A stretch of 62,318 bases of DNA, filler included, from an uncultured bacterium (GCA_964371695.1; 17 parts of 17 records of this genome joined end to end with filler, not necessarily neighbours in it); one strand, 5' to 3'; numbered from the whole stretch's first letter, positions 49,507-59,581 are shown. A program made the numbers and translations. The notes: generated by a model from the letters alone, not told the origin.

Positions 49507-50481
49507 ATGAGGGTCACAGGACAACTATTAAAGGGAACCTTTCTCAAGGACCTGGGCGACAACGCCAAGCGCCTGCAGGACTTGCAGCACAAGATTTCCA
49601 CGGGCCGCCGCATTTTTATTCCCTCAGACGACCCGGTGGGGGTGGACCGCAGCCTCACCCTGCGGCACGTGCTCAACCAGGACACCCAGTTTGAACGCAA
49701 CACCGACGACGGCATCAACGTGCTGGAGGTGGCTGATCAGGCCATGGAAGACAGCAGCACCCTGCTGCTGCGCCTGCGGGACATCGCCGTGCGCCACAGC
49801 ACCCAGTTTTTTCCCCAGACGGCCTATGACGCCGCCGCCCAGGAAGTCAACCAACTGCTGGAAGAAACCTGGTCCATCTCCAACTTCAAGTTTCAGGGCA
49901 AATTCATCTTTTCCGGTTTCGCCACCAGCACCCTGCCTTTTCAGGACACCCGCAATGGCGCCGGAGAAATCACCCAGGTGGATTACATGGGCAACGACGG
50001 TGTTTACAAGGAAGACGTAGGCATCGGCGTCACCATCGGCATGAACATTCCCGGTTCGTCGCAGGTGGCGGGCACGCAGAATGTATATGGCCCCCAGACC
50101 AACTCGGCCATCAGCGCCGTCACCACCACGCCCGAAGTGTTCCAGCGGCTCATTGACATGCGCGACGCCCTGCGCACCATGAGCGCCACCCCCGCCGCCA
50201 GTCTCACGGTGATGCAGGACACCATCGACAACATCGACAATGTGCGCAACAACATCCTGAACCTGCGCACCGAGCTGGGCGTGCGCATCAACCGCCTGAA
50301 CATCGCCAAAAACCGCATCGAGGCCACCAACGTCACCAACACCCAGCTCAAGAGCGTGGTGGAAGACCTGGACATGGCCAAGGGCATCAGCGACCTGCGC
50401 CTGCAGGAAGACGTTTACCGCGCCAGTCTGGGCGTGGGCGCGCGGGTGCTGCCCCCCAGTCTGCTGGACTTCCTGCGGTAG
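49507..50481 (+). CDS. flgL: Flagellar hook-associated protein 3
   Basis: MRVT start, ISTGRR...PSDDPVG, GKFIFSGF, YMGNDG, LGVRINRL, EDLDMAK, YRASL...PSLLDFLR. Confidence 0.92.
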   Translation: MRVTGQLLKGTFLKDLGDNAKRLQDLQHKISTGRRIFIPSDDPVGVDRSLTLRHVLNQDTQFERNTDDGINVLEVADQAMEDSSTLLLRLRDIAVRHSTQFFPQTAYDAAAQEVNQLLEETWSISNFKFQGKFIFSGFATSTLPFQDTRNGAGEITQVDYMGNDGVYKEDVGIGVTIGMNIPGSSQVAGTQNVYGPQTNSAISAVTTTPEVFQRLIDMRDALRTMSATPAASLTVMQDTIDNIDNVRNNILNLRTELGVRINRLNIAKNRIEATNVTNTQLKSVVEDLDMAKGISDLRLQEDVYRASLGVGARVLPPSLLDFLR

Positions 50482-50487
50482 TTTTTA

Positions 50488-50668
50488 GAGCCTGTTTATC
50501 GTGCGCCATGTCTCACAAAGCGCACGATAAACAGGCTCTTGCGCTCATGGATGAGCGCACCCGAAAGCCGAAACTTTGAAAAAGTTGAGGTTTTCGCCAC
50601 GCCAAGGGGGCTTTGCCCCCGATGGCGTTGGGTTTTAAAAGTCCACGACGGACTTTTAAAACAGGTCC
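50488..50668. mobile_element. 181-bp MITE-like element with GAGCCTGTTT/AAACAGG(CT/TC)C ends, flanked by TTA on both sides
   Basis: TTA at 50485-50487 and 50669-50671; several internal hairpins; partial copies at 18866, 22167 and 52149. Confidence 0.75.
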
Positions 50669-51717
50669 TTAGAATATGGGCGCGCCGGTCTGGCGTAAAA
50701 ACCGTTCCACGCCCATCAGGTGCCACACCTGCCAGGCCCGGTCCTCACCGCGCCAGAACCCCTCCACCAGGCGGCGCACCGCACCGGGGTTCAGGAAGGC
50801 TCGGCTGTGCAGTTCGCCCATCAGGGTTTCCTGCACCCAGGGTTTCAGCGGCCCCCGCAGCCAGCGGGCGAGGGGCAGCAGAAAGGGCTGTTTTTTGCGG
50901 GTTTGCAGGGCAGGGGGCAGCAGGTCGGCCACGGCGGCGTAAAGGGCCTGTTTGGGGCGGGCCGTGAAGCGCACGGCGTCCGGCCAAGTGTTCACCCACT
51001 CCACCAGGGTGTGGTCCAGAAACGGCACGCGGGCTTCCAGGCTGTGGGCCATGGTGGTGCGGTCGGTGTAGGCCAGAAAATCTTCCACCAGCGTGGTGCG
51101 CAGTTCCAGCCAGGCAATGCGGCGGGTGATTTCGGCAGGGGCTTCCCCTTCAAAAGCCGCCACGGCCTTTTGACAGAAATCCTGCGCACTGAGCAGCGCC
51201 TGATGACCCGGCTGAAGCAGTGGCGTCAGTTCCTGCTGGGTAAAAAGGTTGATCCAGGCGGCGTAGTGCTCTTGCGGCGCCGCCGACAGCAGGCGATCGA
51301 GGCGACGGAAACGGTCGTTTTTCTGGCCCTGCAGCGCGCCTGCCCAACGGGGGGCCGCCGCGGCCAAAGACCGCAGACCGCCGGGGAAAAACTTCAGAAA
51401 CCCAAGGGCCTGAAGCCGCTGGTTGCGGTGATAACCCCCAAGTAGTTCGTCCGCACCAATGCCCGTGAGCACCACCTTGTGAGTTCTGGCGGCCTCGCGG
51501 GACAAAAACCAAGTGTGCAGGCCGCCGCCAAAAGGTTCGTCAAAAAACCGCAGGGCTTCGTCAAAGGCGGCGGTGATTTCTCCCGGCGCGAGGGATATGT
51601 CCACGTGGTCGGTTTGCAGAAAACGGGCGGTTTCAGCGGCCCGCTGGCGTTCGTCCAGGTCGGCCATGTCGCCTTCAAAACCCAGGCAGAAGGTGGTGAG
51701 GCGGCTCACCCTGGGGC
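50669..51717 (-). CDS. asnB: Asparagine synthase (glutamine-hydrolysing) family amidotransferase (5'-truncated)
   Basis: FDEPF, KVVLTGIGADELLGGY, DRTTMAHSLEARVPFLDH, RKKQPFLLP. Confidence 0.88.
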
Positions 51718-51817
51718 NNNNNNNNNNNNNNNNNNNNNNNNNNNNNNNNNNNNNNNNNNNNTTAATTAATTAANNNNNNNNNNNNNNNNNNNNNNNNNNN
51801 NNNNNNNNNNNNNNNNN

Positions 51818-52201
51818 CGCAAAGCGACGAGCGCCAGGATGGCGCGAGAGCGAGGAAGGCTGCCCGGCTGCCCTTTGGCCACCGATTGCCGTCATTCCCC
51901 AGGAAGCGGTGCAGCAGTAGCCACGGGCGTCTCGCCTGTGGCAAAAACAAAAGCCCAAAACCTTTTTTCTGTTTTTTTTCAGTTGGGCAGGCGTCCCGCC
52001 TGCCTTTTATATGAACGCAGGCAAGACCACAGACGGGGACGCCATAGGCGTTAATCTTACGGAGTAGCGGCGGTGTCGCTATCGCCTTTGCTCGGCCAGA
52101 TGCCCCAATGGGCATCTGGAAAGACTCCTCGCAAACTCATGTCCACGAGAGCCTGTCCAAAGTGGGCCATGTTTCACATAACCCACTTTTCAAACAGGCT
52201 C
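51818..52201. repeat. Mosaic repeat tract (CGTC REP, GTAG REPs, nested hairpin module, 53-bp mini-MITE)
   Basis: Units at 51890, 51917, 52064, 52077-52128 and 52149-52201, each with relatives elsewhere in the window. Confidence 0.85.
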
Positions 52202-52765
52202 TTACAACACCCTGCTGAGGACATTTTTCTCGGTGTGATCAAAAATATCCGGCTGTCCTTTTATTTTGATTCGGCTGTTTTCGCTGTAGGAGAACTCATC
52301 CTCGCCGGTGAGCTCAAATTTGATTTCATAGCTGACGGTTTGAAACTCTTCGTCCAGAAACTTGTTGGAGCACAAGCCATAAGTCGGCGAGGCCAACTCG
52401 GCTTTCATCAAAAAATCGGTGGCGTTGATGTCGGCGCTGCCGCCCGCATTCACGGCAATGCCTCTGGGGACGATGAAACTTTTCATCACCTGGGCGTTGG
52501 CCTTGTCCCAGATGAAATAACCCACTTCCTCGTGAAAAGGCTCTGCGTCGTCGCCTTCTTCCCATGCCTTGGTGCTATAGCGCAGCGCATACAGCAGTTG
52601 TTCGTGGTTCTCCACGCTTCCGATAGGCTCGAAGGTCATTTCCTGACGGAACTTGGTGTTTTCAACTTTCCTGTCCGGGTCGGGAGCACGGTTTTCTCCT
52701 CTGAAGCCTTCGCTCTGCCATTTGCCGATCAAGAACCGCAGGGGGCCGTAGTTGATGTTGTCCAT
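52202..52765 (-). CDS. Nitrobindin/FABP-like (DUF1794) heme-binding beta-barrel protein
   Basis: GGAGG RBS; GPLRFLIGKW, FHEEVGYFIWD, IVPRG, FDHTEKNVL with the C-terminal His. Confidence 0.85.
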   Translation of the reverse strand: MDNINYGPLRFLIGKWQSEGFRGENRAPDPDRKVENTKFRQEMTFEPIGSVENHEQLLYALRYSTKAWEEGDDAEPFHEEVGYFIWDKANAQVMKSFIVPRGIAVNAGGSADINATDFLMKAELASPTYGLCSNKFLDEEFQTVSYEIKFELTGEDEFSYSENSRIKIKGQPDIFDHTEKNVLSRVL

Positions 52766-52888
52766 GTTGCCTCCGAATAGCAGGATGTTTGAGTCCAGGC
52801 ACGATAGCCGTGCCCAGTGGCCAAGTAAACTTGGCCCTGTACTCACGGCAACTATCCCCTTTTGGGGTTCTTCTTCAACATCAAGGCT

Positions 52889-53653
52889 TCACTTCCGCCG
52901 CAGCCAAGCCCCCGGCCAGTGGGTGATGGGTGTGCTGAGGTCGCTTTCGTTAAAGAGCCAGGCGGGTTGTTCCAGCACAAATTCGGTGTGGGTTTGGGCG
53001 AAGTCCGCCGCCGCCGTCATGGGGTTATCGGTGTCCCAGGCCGGATTGCCCCGCGGCACCTCGGTGAGAAAAGCCATGGAGCCGTCGGTGGCCACGAGGT
53101 AGGAGCCAGCACTCACCAGGGGGGCATAGGCGTTCAGTTCCCGCGTCACGTGCTCATAGCTGTGGTTGCTGTCGAGAAAAACCATCACGCGGTCTTCGGG
53201 CTTGAGCAGCGCCCGCACCTGGGCCACCACGTCGGCTGCGGCGCTGTCGCCTTCAATCAGGGTGATGTGCCGGAACATGGGGTGCGCCTCGATGGCGGCG
53301 CGGTTGTGGGGGCGGATTTCCACGTCCACACCAATCACGCGGCCCCCGCCCATCATTTGCAGCAGTGAGGCGTTGAAAATCAGCGAGCCGCCGTGGGCGA
53401 TGCCCGTTTCCACAATCACCGTGGGGCGCACACAAAACACCACCTCCTGGGCGCGCAGCATGTCTTCGGGCTCCTGAATCACGGGCCGCCCCAGCCAGGT
53501 GAAGGTGTAGGGGTGTTTCTGGTTCCAGCCCACCTTCAGCCAGGCGCGGCTGAGCCAGTCAAACCCTTCGGGGCTGTAAAGAGAAAGGGTTTTGGGGCCT
53601 TCCGGCGTTTCTACCGTGAGTGTGCCCGCACGGGTGTCAAGGCTTATTTTCAT
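52889..53653 (-). CDS. CmcI / cephalosporin-hydroxylase-family (sugar O-)methyltransferase
   Basis: YTFTWLGRPVIQ.PEDM, IVETGIAHGGS, LIEGDS, LDSNHSYEHV..EL..YAPLV..GSY. Confidence 0.9.
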   Translation of the reverse strand: MKISLDTRAGTLTVETPEGPKTLSLYSPEGFDWLSRAWLKVGWNQKHPYTFTWLGRPVIQEPEDMLRAQEVVFCVRPTVIVETGIAHGGSLIFNASLLQMMGGGRVIGVDVEIRPHNRAAIEAHPMFRHITLIEGDSAAADVVAQVRALLKPEDRVMVFLDSNHSYEHVTRELNAYAPLVSAGSYLVATDGSMAFLTEVPRGNPAWDTDNPMTAAADFAQTHTEFVLEQPAWLFNESDLSTPITHWPGAWLRRK

Positions 53654-53666
53654 GGCGGGCATGTTA

Positions 53667-55091
53667 TCAGGCGCTTCCTCCGCCCAATGACCAACTCACC
53701 GGCTGCTCCAGCATGCGCGCAAGCGTGCGGGCGTGGGTGTTCAGAGCCTTGAGCGACAGGCGGGCCGGGCGGCCCAGGTCCGCCAGCACCACCACACCCG
53801 CCCCCCGGTTCTGCACTTCCACGTGGTGGCCGTGGGCCTGCTCCAGATCCCCTGCCAGCGACAGCAGGGTTTTCAGAAGCGCCACCTGCTGCGGGTCTGG
53901 CGGGGGGGGGGTGTTTTCTGGCTCCACCGGTTCCGCGCTTTTTTTTCGCTTTTTTTCCTTGCCCAGAAACACCTGGGCCATCAGCCCCGCCATGGGGCCG
54001 GGGGTGTCCAGGTTCAGGGCAGGCAGGGTGTTCAGAAACCGCCTTGCTGTTTTGGGTGGCCAGTTTTTTTTCGTCAGGGGCCGCAACATCTCAAGCCACA
54101 GGGGCAGCTCGGCGGGGGCCTGCACCAACAAAGGATGACGGGTGGTTTCCAGAAACCCTGCGTAAAGATTCAAAAAACATGACCTGTCGTGACTGGCGTG
54201 GCCATGGCCCCGCAGGCAGCGGCTGATGGCGGCCACTGCGGCCTTTTTTTGCCGGGCCGCCCCCACACCGGTCAGGGGCAGGGACTGTTTCAGCAGCGCC
54301 AATTCACCCGCCGGGCCGCTGGCCAGTTGCCGGTAGGTGGTCAGTCGCTGGTCGCGGGCCTCGTTCAACTGGNNNNNNNNNNATTCGGCTCTGGCGGAAT
54401 GCGGCAAAACGGCGTTCATCAACACGGTTTTCAGCACGTCCAGGTCATGCACCTCGCCCAGGGCGTCCTGAATTTTTTTGAGGGTTTTGCCGTGGTGGGC
54501 GTGCTGGTGCGGCAGGAAGTTTTCAATCACGTAACGCAGGCGCTTGAAACTGATGCGCAGGGTATGCCACGCGGCGGGGTTCTGGTTACGCAGGGCCCGG
54601 CGGTGGTCTGCCAGCACGGTTTTCAGCCGCAGGGCCGCGAGGTGGGCAAAGGCCGGGTCTTCGGTCAGAAACAACCCCAACCGCTCCGCGGCCAGTTCGC
54701 CGTGATCCGACCAGTCCTGCACCGAAAAAGCCGCCACCGCCTGGGCGGCTTGTGTTTTGAGCGTTGCCTCCTGCTGCGCCAGCGTGGCCAGAAAAGTCTC
54801 ACCCTCCGGCGTGTCCGTCCAGCCCAGTTCCGTCACCCACAACATCAGCACCTGCATGTCGCGCAGTTCTCCCAGGCCGCAGAACAGCGCCGCGCCATCC
54901 CGGTTCAAACGCCGCCACACGGGGTGCGGATCCAGCAGTCTGCACACCTGGGCCACGCTGCGGCAGCGGCGCAGCGCCACCCGCAGGTCGTGGGTCACTT
55001 CTTCGCTCAGGCCGCCTGAGAGGGCTCGGTGATATTCCACCAGCACCTGGGCCATGTTCTGTGAGAAGACCTGGCTGGCGGTGGCGGGCAT
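53667..55091 (-). CDS. CHAD-domain protein (contains a 10-N gap)
   Basis: HDLRVALRRCRS, LGELRDMQV, WHTLRISFKRLRY, QDALGEVHDLDV. Confidence 0.88.
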   Translation of the reverse strand: MPATASQVFSQNMAQVLVEYHRALSGGLSEEVTHDLRVALRRCRSVAQVCRLLDPHPVWRRLNRDGAALFCGLGELRDMQVLMLWVTELGWTDTPEGETFLATLAQQEATLKTQAAQAVAAFSVQDWSDHGELAAERLGLFLTEDPAFAHLAALRLKTVLADHRRALRNQNPAAWHTLRISFKRLRYVIENFLPHQHAHHGKTLKKIQDALGEVHDLDVLKTVLMNAVLPHSARAEXXXXQLNEARDQRLTTYRQLASGPAGELALLKQSLPLTGVGAARQKKAAVAAISRCLRGHGHASHDRSCFLNLYAGFLETTRHPLLVQAPAELPLWLEMLRPLTKKNWPPKTARRFLNTLPALNLDTPGPMAGLMAQVFLGKEKKRKKSAEPVEPENTPPPPDPQQVALLKTLLSLAGDLEQAHGHHVEVQNRGAGVVVLADLGRPARLSLKALNTHARTLARMLEQPVSWSLGGGSA

Positions 55092-55104
55092 GGGCACGGG
55101 GATG

Positions 55105-55260
55105 TCAGGTGGCTTTTGGTCCGGGCCAGGGCATGCTTTTGAAACAGGCCGGGCGTGAGAGATCCTGCTGAAAGGCCCCCCGGTCATCCAGCCAGGTGAT
55201 GACGGCGTGTTGCAGCCAGTCGCCGGTGTTGATGTAAAGGCCCTCGCCGCAGTCCACCAC
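55105..55260 (-). CDS. C-terminal fragment of a calcineurin-like metallophosphoesterase (LpxH/YbbF-like)
   Basis: LYINTGDW motif; 52 codons from the contig end to TGA. Confidence 0.65.
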   Translation of the reverse strand: MVDCGEGLYINTGDWLQHAVITWLDDRGAFQQDLSRPACFKSMPWPGPKAT

Positions 55261-55360
55261 NNNNNNNNNNNNNNNNNNNNNNNNNNNNNNNNNNNNNNNN
55301 NNNNTTAATTAATTAANNNNNNNNNNNNNNNNNNNNNNNNNNNNNNNNNNNNNNNNNNNN

Positions 55361-56579
55361 GGTCCAGACCGCACACATAAAGCACCTTCACCTTGCCGCT
55401 TTCCAGGGCGCTCAAAAAGGCTTCGGCGTTGGCGGCGTCGTCAAAGGTTTTCAGACCCAGGCGTTTGGCCCCCTGGGTGTTGGGGTTTTTGTCTGCGAGC
55501 ACCAGCAGCTTGTCTTCTTTCGGGCCGTCGGTTTCGGCATAGGCCTTGACGGTGGCGTAAACCGCCGCGCCGGTTTTTTCGCCCAACACCCCCAGCAGGT
55601 AATTGGCTTCATTGCTGAGTTGGGCGCTGCCCACCAGCAGGGTTTCTTCGCTGCCTGCGCCGGTGAGGGCTTCGTGCAGATAATCCAGCGCGGTTTTCCA
55701 GGGGGCGGGTTCCTTCATGGCGTAACGCTTGAGGCTCACCGCGCCCAGGCGCGCCCCCAGGCCCGGATACTCAAAACTCACCCGCGCCTGATCGCACAGC
55801 CAGGTGCTGTTCACCGCGTCGTTCTGTCGGGGTTTCACGCGATACAGCGTGTTGTCCTTGTGATGGGCGAAAAGGTTGCAGCCACGGGCGCAGCCGGGGC
55901 AGATGCCCTGGTTTTCTTCAAGGAACCACACCCGCTGCTTGAACCGGAAGCGCTCGTCGGTGAGTGCGCCCACGGGGCAGATGTCCACCACGTTCTGGGC
56001 ATAGTGCGATTTCAGTTCACCAAAGGTGGTGGTGATGAGGCTGTGGTTGCCCCGGTTTTCGATGGTGAGTTCCTTCTCGTGGGTGATCTCGTCGAAGAAC
56101 CGCACGCAGCGGGTACACATGATGCAGCGCTCGTTGTCCAGCACCACACTGCGGCCAATGCGGCGCTGCTTGGGTTTGTGGTCTTTGTCTTCCAGGTGAA
56201 TGCGGCTCTGGTGCAGGCCGTGCTCCATGTAAAAATCCTGGAGTTTGCATTCGCCGGCCTGGTCGCAGATGGGGCAGTCGATGGGGTGATTGACAAGGTG
56301 CAGTTCCAGCACGCCCCGCACCACGTCCTTCACTTCCTGATCCTGAAAACTCACTTTCATACCGTCTGACGCCATGGTGTTGCAGGCGATTTGCAGCTTG
56401 GGCATGGGTTTGCCGCCCATTTCCACCTTGCACACACACATGCGGCACTGGCCCGCGATGGACAGCTTGGGGTGGTAGCAGTAGTGGGCCACGTCCACGC
56501 CCACCTGTTTGGCGGCTTCGAGCACCGGAATGGGTTTTTCCAGTTCGATTGTTTTTCCGTCTATCTCAATGGTGATCAC
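55361..56579 (-). CDS. nuoG: NADH-quinone oxidoreductase subunit G-like (3'-truncated)
   Basis: GTG overlaps the nuoD stop; HYCYHPKLSIAGQCRMC, NHPIDCPICDQAGECKLQD, RCIMCTRC, CPVGAL, CPGCARGC. Confidence 0.9.
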
Positions 56580-57790
56580 CGGTCGATTTCTCCCCCGATC
56601 ATGTTGATGGATCCGAAGGTGGGAACGACGTCGGCGAGATAACCGCCCAGCAGCATGTCCTTCAGTCCCTGCATCAGTGCAAAACACGGCGGGCGAATGT
56701 GCAGCTTGTAGGGCTTGCCGCCGCCGTCCGAAACAATATAAAAACCAAGCTCGCCGTTGCCGCCTTCAACGCATGTATAAGTCTCGCCGGGCGGCACACG
56801 CACACCTTCCATGATGTGCTTGAAATGGTTCATGAGTGATTCGATGTTGGTGTAGACGTATTGCTTGTCGGGCATTTTCACCCGTGGGTCGTCGGCCACC
56901 ACGGGGCCGTCGGGGATTCTCTTGATGCACTGTTCAATCAGGCGGATGGACTGGCGGATTTCTTCCATGCGCACCAGATAACGATCGTAGTTGTCGCCCT
57001 GCTCGGCGATGGGCACGTCAAAGTCCAGTTCGTCGTAAACCAGATAGGGCTGGTCTTTGCGCACGTCATAGTCCACGCCCGTGGCCCGCAGGCAGGGGCC
57101 GGTGAAACCCAGGTCCACGGCTTTTTCTTTGTCAATCACGCCGGTGCCGCACATGCGGTCCATGAAAATGCGGTTGCGGGTGAGCATGGTGTTCACCTCG
57201 GTCATGGTGGTGCGCAACAGCGAGAGGGTTTCTTTGAGCGCCTTGAAAAACTCTGGGCGCAGATCGTGGTTTACGCCGCCCACGCGGGTATAACTGGTGG
57301 TGAGGCGCGCCCCGGTGGTCATTTCAATCAGGTGCCACAGCTCTTCGCGGGCCTTGATGAAATAAAGAAAAGCGGTGAAGCCCCCCAGCTCCATGGCGCC
57401 AGCGCCCACGCAGGTGAGGTGGTCGGTGATGCGGCTGATTTCGCTCACGATCACACGGATGTACTGGCTGCGGGGCGGGTCTTGAATGCCCATGAGTTTT
57501 TCCACCGCCAGCATGTAACCCACGTTGTTGATGAGGGGCGACACATAGTTGAGGCGGTCGGTATAGGGCAGGCACTGCACCCAAGTGCTTTCTTCGCACA
57601 TTTTTTCAAAGCCCCGGTGCAGGAAGCCCACTTCGACGTCCGTGTCTTTCAGCACTTCGCCGTCTACCTTGGCGATGATGCGCACCGTGCCGTGCATGGC
57701 AGGATGCACCGGCCCCATGTAAAGCTCCATGGGTTCTTCGGTGAGCAGAATGTCTTTTTCCAGCGCGCCGGTGGCGGTGTCCGGACTCAT
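56576..57790 (-). CDS. nuoD: NADH-quinone oxidoreductase subunit D
   Basis: GPVHPAMHG, GFLHRGFEK, DRLNYVS, GELGFY, GEIDR. Confidence 0.96.
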   Translation of the reverse strand: MSPDTATGALEKDILLTEEPMELYMGPVHPAMHGTVRIIAKVDGEVLKDTDVEVGFLHRGFEKMCEESTWVQCLPYTDRLNYVSPLINNVGYMLAVEKLMGIQDPPRSQYIRVIVSEISRITDHLTCVGAGAMELGGFTAFLYFIKAREELWHLIEMTTGARLTTSYTRVGGVNHDLRPEFFKALKETLSLLRTTMTEVNTMLTRNRIFMDRMCGTGVIDKEKAVDLGFTGPCLRATGVDYDVRKDQPYLVYDELDFDVPIAEQGDNYDRYLVRMEEIRQSIRLIEQCIKRIPDGPVVADDPRVKMPDKQYVYTNIESLMNHFKHIMEGVRVPPGETYTCVEGGNGELGFYIVSDGGGKPYKLHIRPPCFALMQGLKDMLLGGYLADVVPTFGSINMIGGEIDR

Positions 57791-57808
57791 GGGGAACTCC
57801 TTGTGGCT

Positions 57809-58399
57809 CTAGCTTTTGTGGCCGGGGGCTTCTTCGGCGGGGTGGTGGGCCATGGGGGCCGCACCGCAACCGTGAATGCTTTCCCAGCGGGTTTTTTCGG
57901 GTTTGTGGGGGGTGCGCAGCTCAATGAGCGGTGTGGCGCGGGTGACGGGGTGGGTCTTGCGCAGGGGATGTCCCTCGAACTCTTCATAAAGCAGAATGCG
58001 CCGCAGGTCCGGGTGGCCCTTGAAGCGGATGCCGTACATGTCCCAGGTCTCGCGCTCAAACCACTCACAGCCCTTGGTGACGCTGATGATGCTGTCCACC
58101 GTGGGGTCGTTTTCGGGCACGCTGGTTTTCACCCGCACGCGGTGTTTTTTGGTGAGGGAAAACCAGTGATACACCACGTCAAAACGGTTGGGACGGCGGG
58201 CGGGATAATCCACCGCCGTCACGTCAATGAAAAACTCGCAGGAAAAAGCCGGGTTGGACCGCACCATGCGCGAGGTGTCCAGCACGCCCTCGCGCTTGAT
58301 GAGCAGCATGAGGTGATCGTCATACACCCATGGGTCGGCCTCCAGGTGCTGGCCCACGGTGTCTTTGGCGGTTTTGATCAGCAGGTCGTAGTCGGGCAT
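57809..58399 (-). CDS. nuoC: NADH-quinone oxidoreductase subunit C
   Basis: DVTAVDYP, RFDVVY, WFERETWDMYGIRFKGHPDLRRIL, GHPLRK. Confidence 0.95.
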   Translation of the reverse strand: MPDYDLLIKTAKDTVGQHLEADPWVYDDHLMLLIKREGVLDTSRMVRSNPAFSCEFFIDVTAVDYPARRPNRFDVVYHWFSLTKKHRVRVKTSVPENDPTVDSIISVTKGCEWFERETWDMYGIRFKGHPDLRRILLYEEFEGHPLRKTHPVTRATPLIELRTPHKPEKTRWESIHGCGAAPMAHHPAEEAPGHKS

Positions 58400-58406
58400 G
58401 GGAAGG

Positions 58407-58799
58407 TCAGCCTTTCGCGGTGGGCAGGTGCAGGTGGTGGTCTGGCCCCACCACGCGGTCGCGCACCATGTTGGTGATGTTGCGCTCGGTCTGCACTTTG
58501 TCCTGAAGTTTCATCAGGCCCTCGAACACGCCTTCGGGGCGTGGGGGGCAACCGGCGATGTAAACGTCTACCGGGATGATGCAGTCAATGCCCTGCACGG
58601 TGGCGTAGTTGTCATAAAACCCGCCGGTGCTGGCGCAGGCCCCAAAGGCCACCACCCATTTGGGCTCGGCCATCTGCTCATAAATGGTGCGCAGCACGGG
58701 CGAAAGTTTGTGGTTCACCGTGCCCACCACCATCAGCAGGTCGGCCTGACGGGGGCTGAAACGGGGGAACTCCGCGCCAAACCGGGCGATGTCATAGTG
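58407..58799 (-). CDS. nuoB: NADH-quinone oxidoreductase subunit B (5'-truncated)
   Basis: [45 protein letters not shown]. Confidence 0.95.
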   Translation of the reverse strand, partial: HYDIARFGAEFPRFSPRQADLLMVVGTVNHKLSPVLRTIYEQMAEPKWVVAFGACASTGGFYDNYATVQGIDCIIPVDVYIAGCPPRPEGVFEGLMKLQDKVQTERNITNMVRDRVVGPDHHLHLPTAKG

Positions 58800-58899
58800 N
58801 NNNNNNNNNNNNNNNNNNNNNNNNNNNNNNNNNNNNNNNNNNNTTAATTAATTAANNNNNNNNNNNNNNNNNNNNNNNNNNNNNNNNNNNNNNNNNNNN

Positions 58900-58944
58900 A
58901 CCCTGGTCACGGCGGTGCTCATCACCCTGCGCCGGGCAGGTTAA
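58900..58944 (+). CDS. nuoH: C-terminal fragment, probably NuoH
   Basis: TLVTAVLITLRRAG* immediately upstream of nuoI. Confidence 0.5.
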   Translation, partial: TLVTAVLITLRRAG

Positions 58945-58964
58945 ACACAAAGGAGTCCAAAAAC

Positions 58965-59555
58965 ATGGCTGCCAGAACCGTCAAAGTGATCCGCCGGGAG
59001 ATGACCCTCACCGAACGTTTTTATCTGCGTGAGGCGTTTCAGGGCATGGCGATTACCCTGCGCCATTTTTTCGTGAACTGGGCTGGCCGCCTGTTCGGCA
59101 CCAAGAGTTACATCGTCACCACCGAATATCCCGAACAAAAACGCCCGGTGAACGAATGGTGGCGCGGCAAACACCGCCTGATGACCCGCGAAGACGGCAC
59201 CATGCGTTGCGTGGCCTGCCTGATGTGCAGCACCGCCTGCCCCGCCAACTGCATCAACATCGTGCCCGGCGAATATGACCCCGCCGGACCCAACGCCAAA
59301 TACGAAAAATATCCCCTGGTGTTTGAAATTGATGAGCTGAAATGTGTGTTCTGCGGCCTGTGTGTGGAGGCCTGCCCCTGCGACGCCATCCGCATGGACA
59401 CCGGCATTTACGCCCTGGCGAGTCTCTCACGCGACGACCTTTACCTGAACAAAAACAACCTGCTGCAAGACGGCCCGTTCATTCCCAAAGGGTCCCTGGA
59501 CCCTCGCTATAAAGACGGCGAACTGGACGTAACCGGCGCTCGCGTGGCGTATTGA
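58965..59555 (+). CDS. nuoI: NADH-quinone oxidoreductase subunit I
   Basis: AAAGGAG RBS; EYPEQKR, CVACLMCSTACP, CVFCGLCVEACPCDAI. Confidence 0.95.
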   Translation: MAARTVKVIRREMTLTERFYLREAFQGMAITLRHFFVNWAGRLFGTKSYIVTTEYPEQKRPVNEWWRGKHRLMTREDGTMRCVACLMCSTACPANCINIVPGEYDPAGPNAKYEKYPLVFEIDELKCVFCGLCVEACPCDAIRMDTGIYALASLSRDDLYLNKNNLLQDGPFIPKGSLDPRYKDGELDVTGARVAY

Positions 59556-59581
59556 ACAACCAGACCATCAGCCAGCATAAA

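Noticed and set aside
55136..55150. GGCCTGTTTCAAAAG, resembling the MITE end, inside the phosphoesterase C-terminus
   Set aside because: It is a single 15-nt similarity without a partner inverted repeat or hairpin and could be chance.
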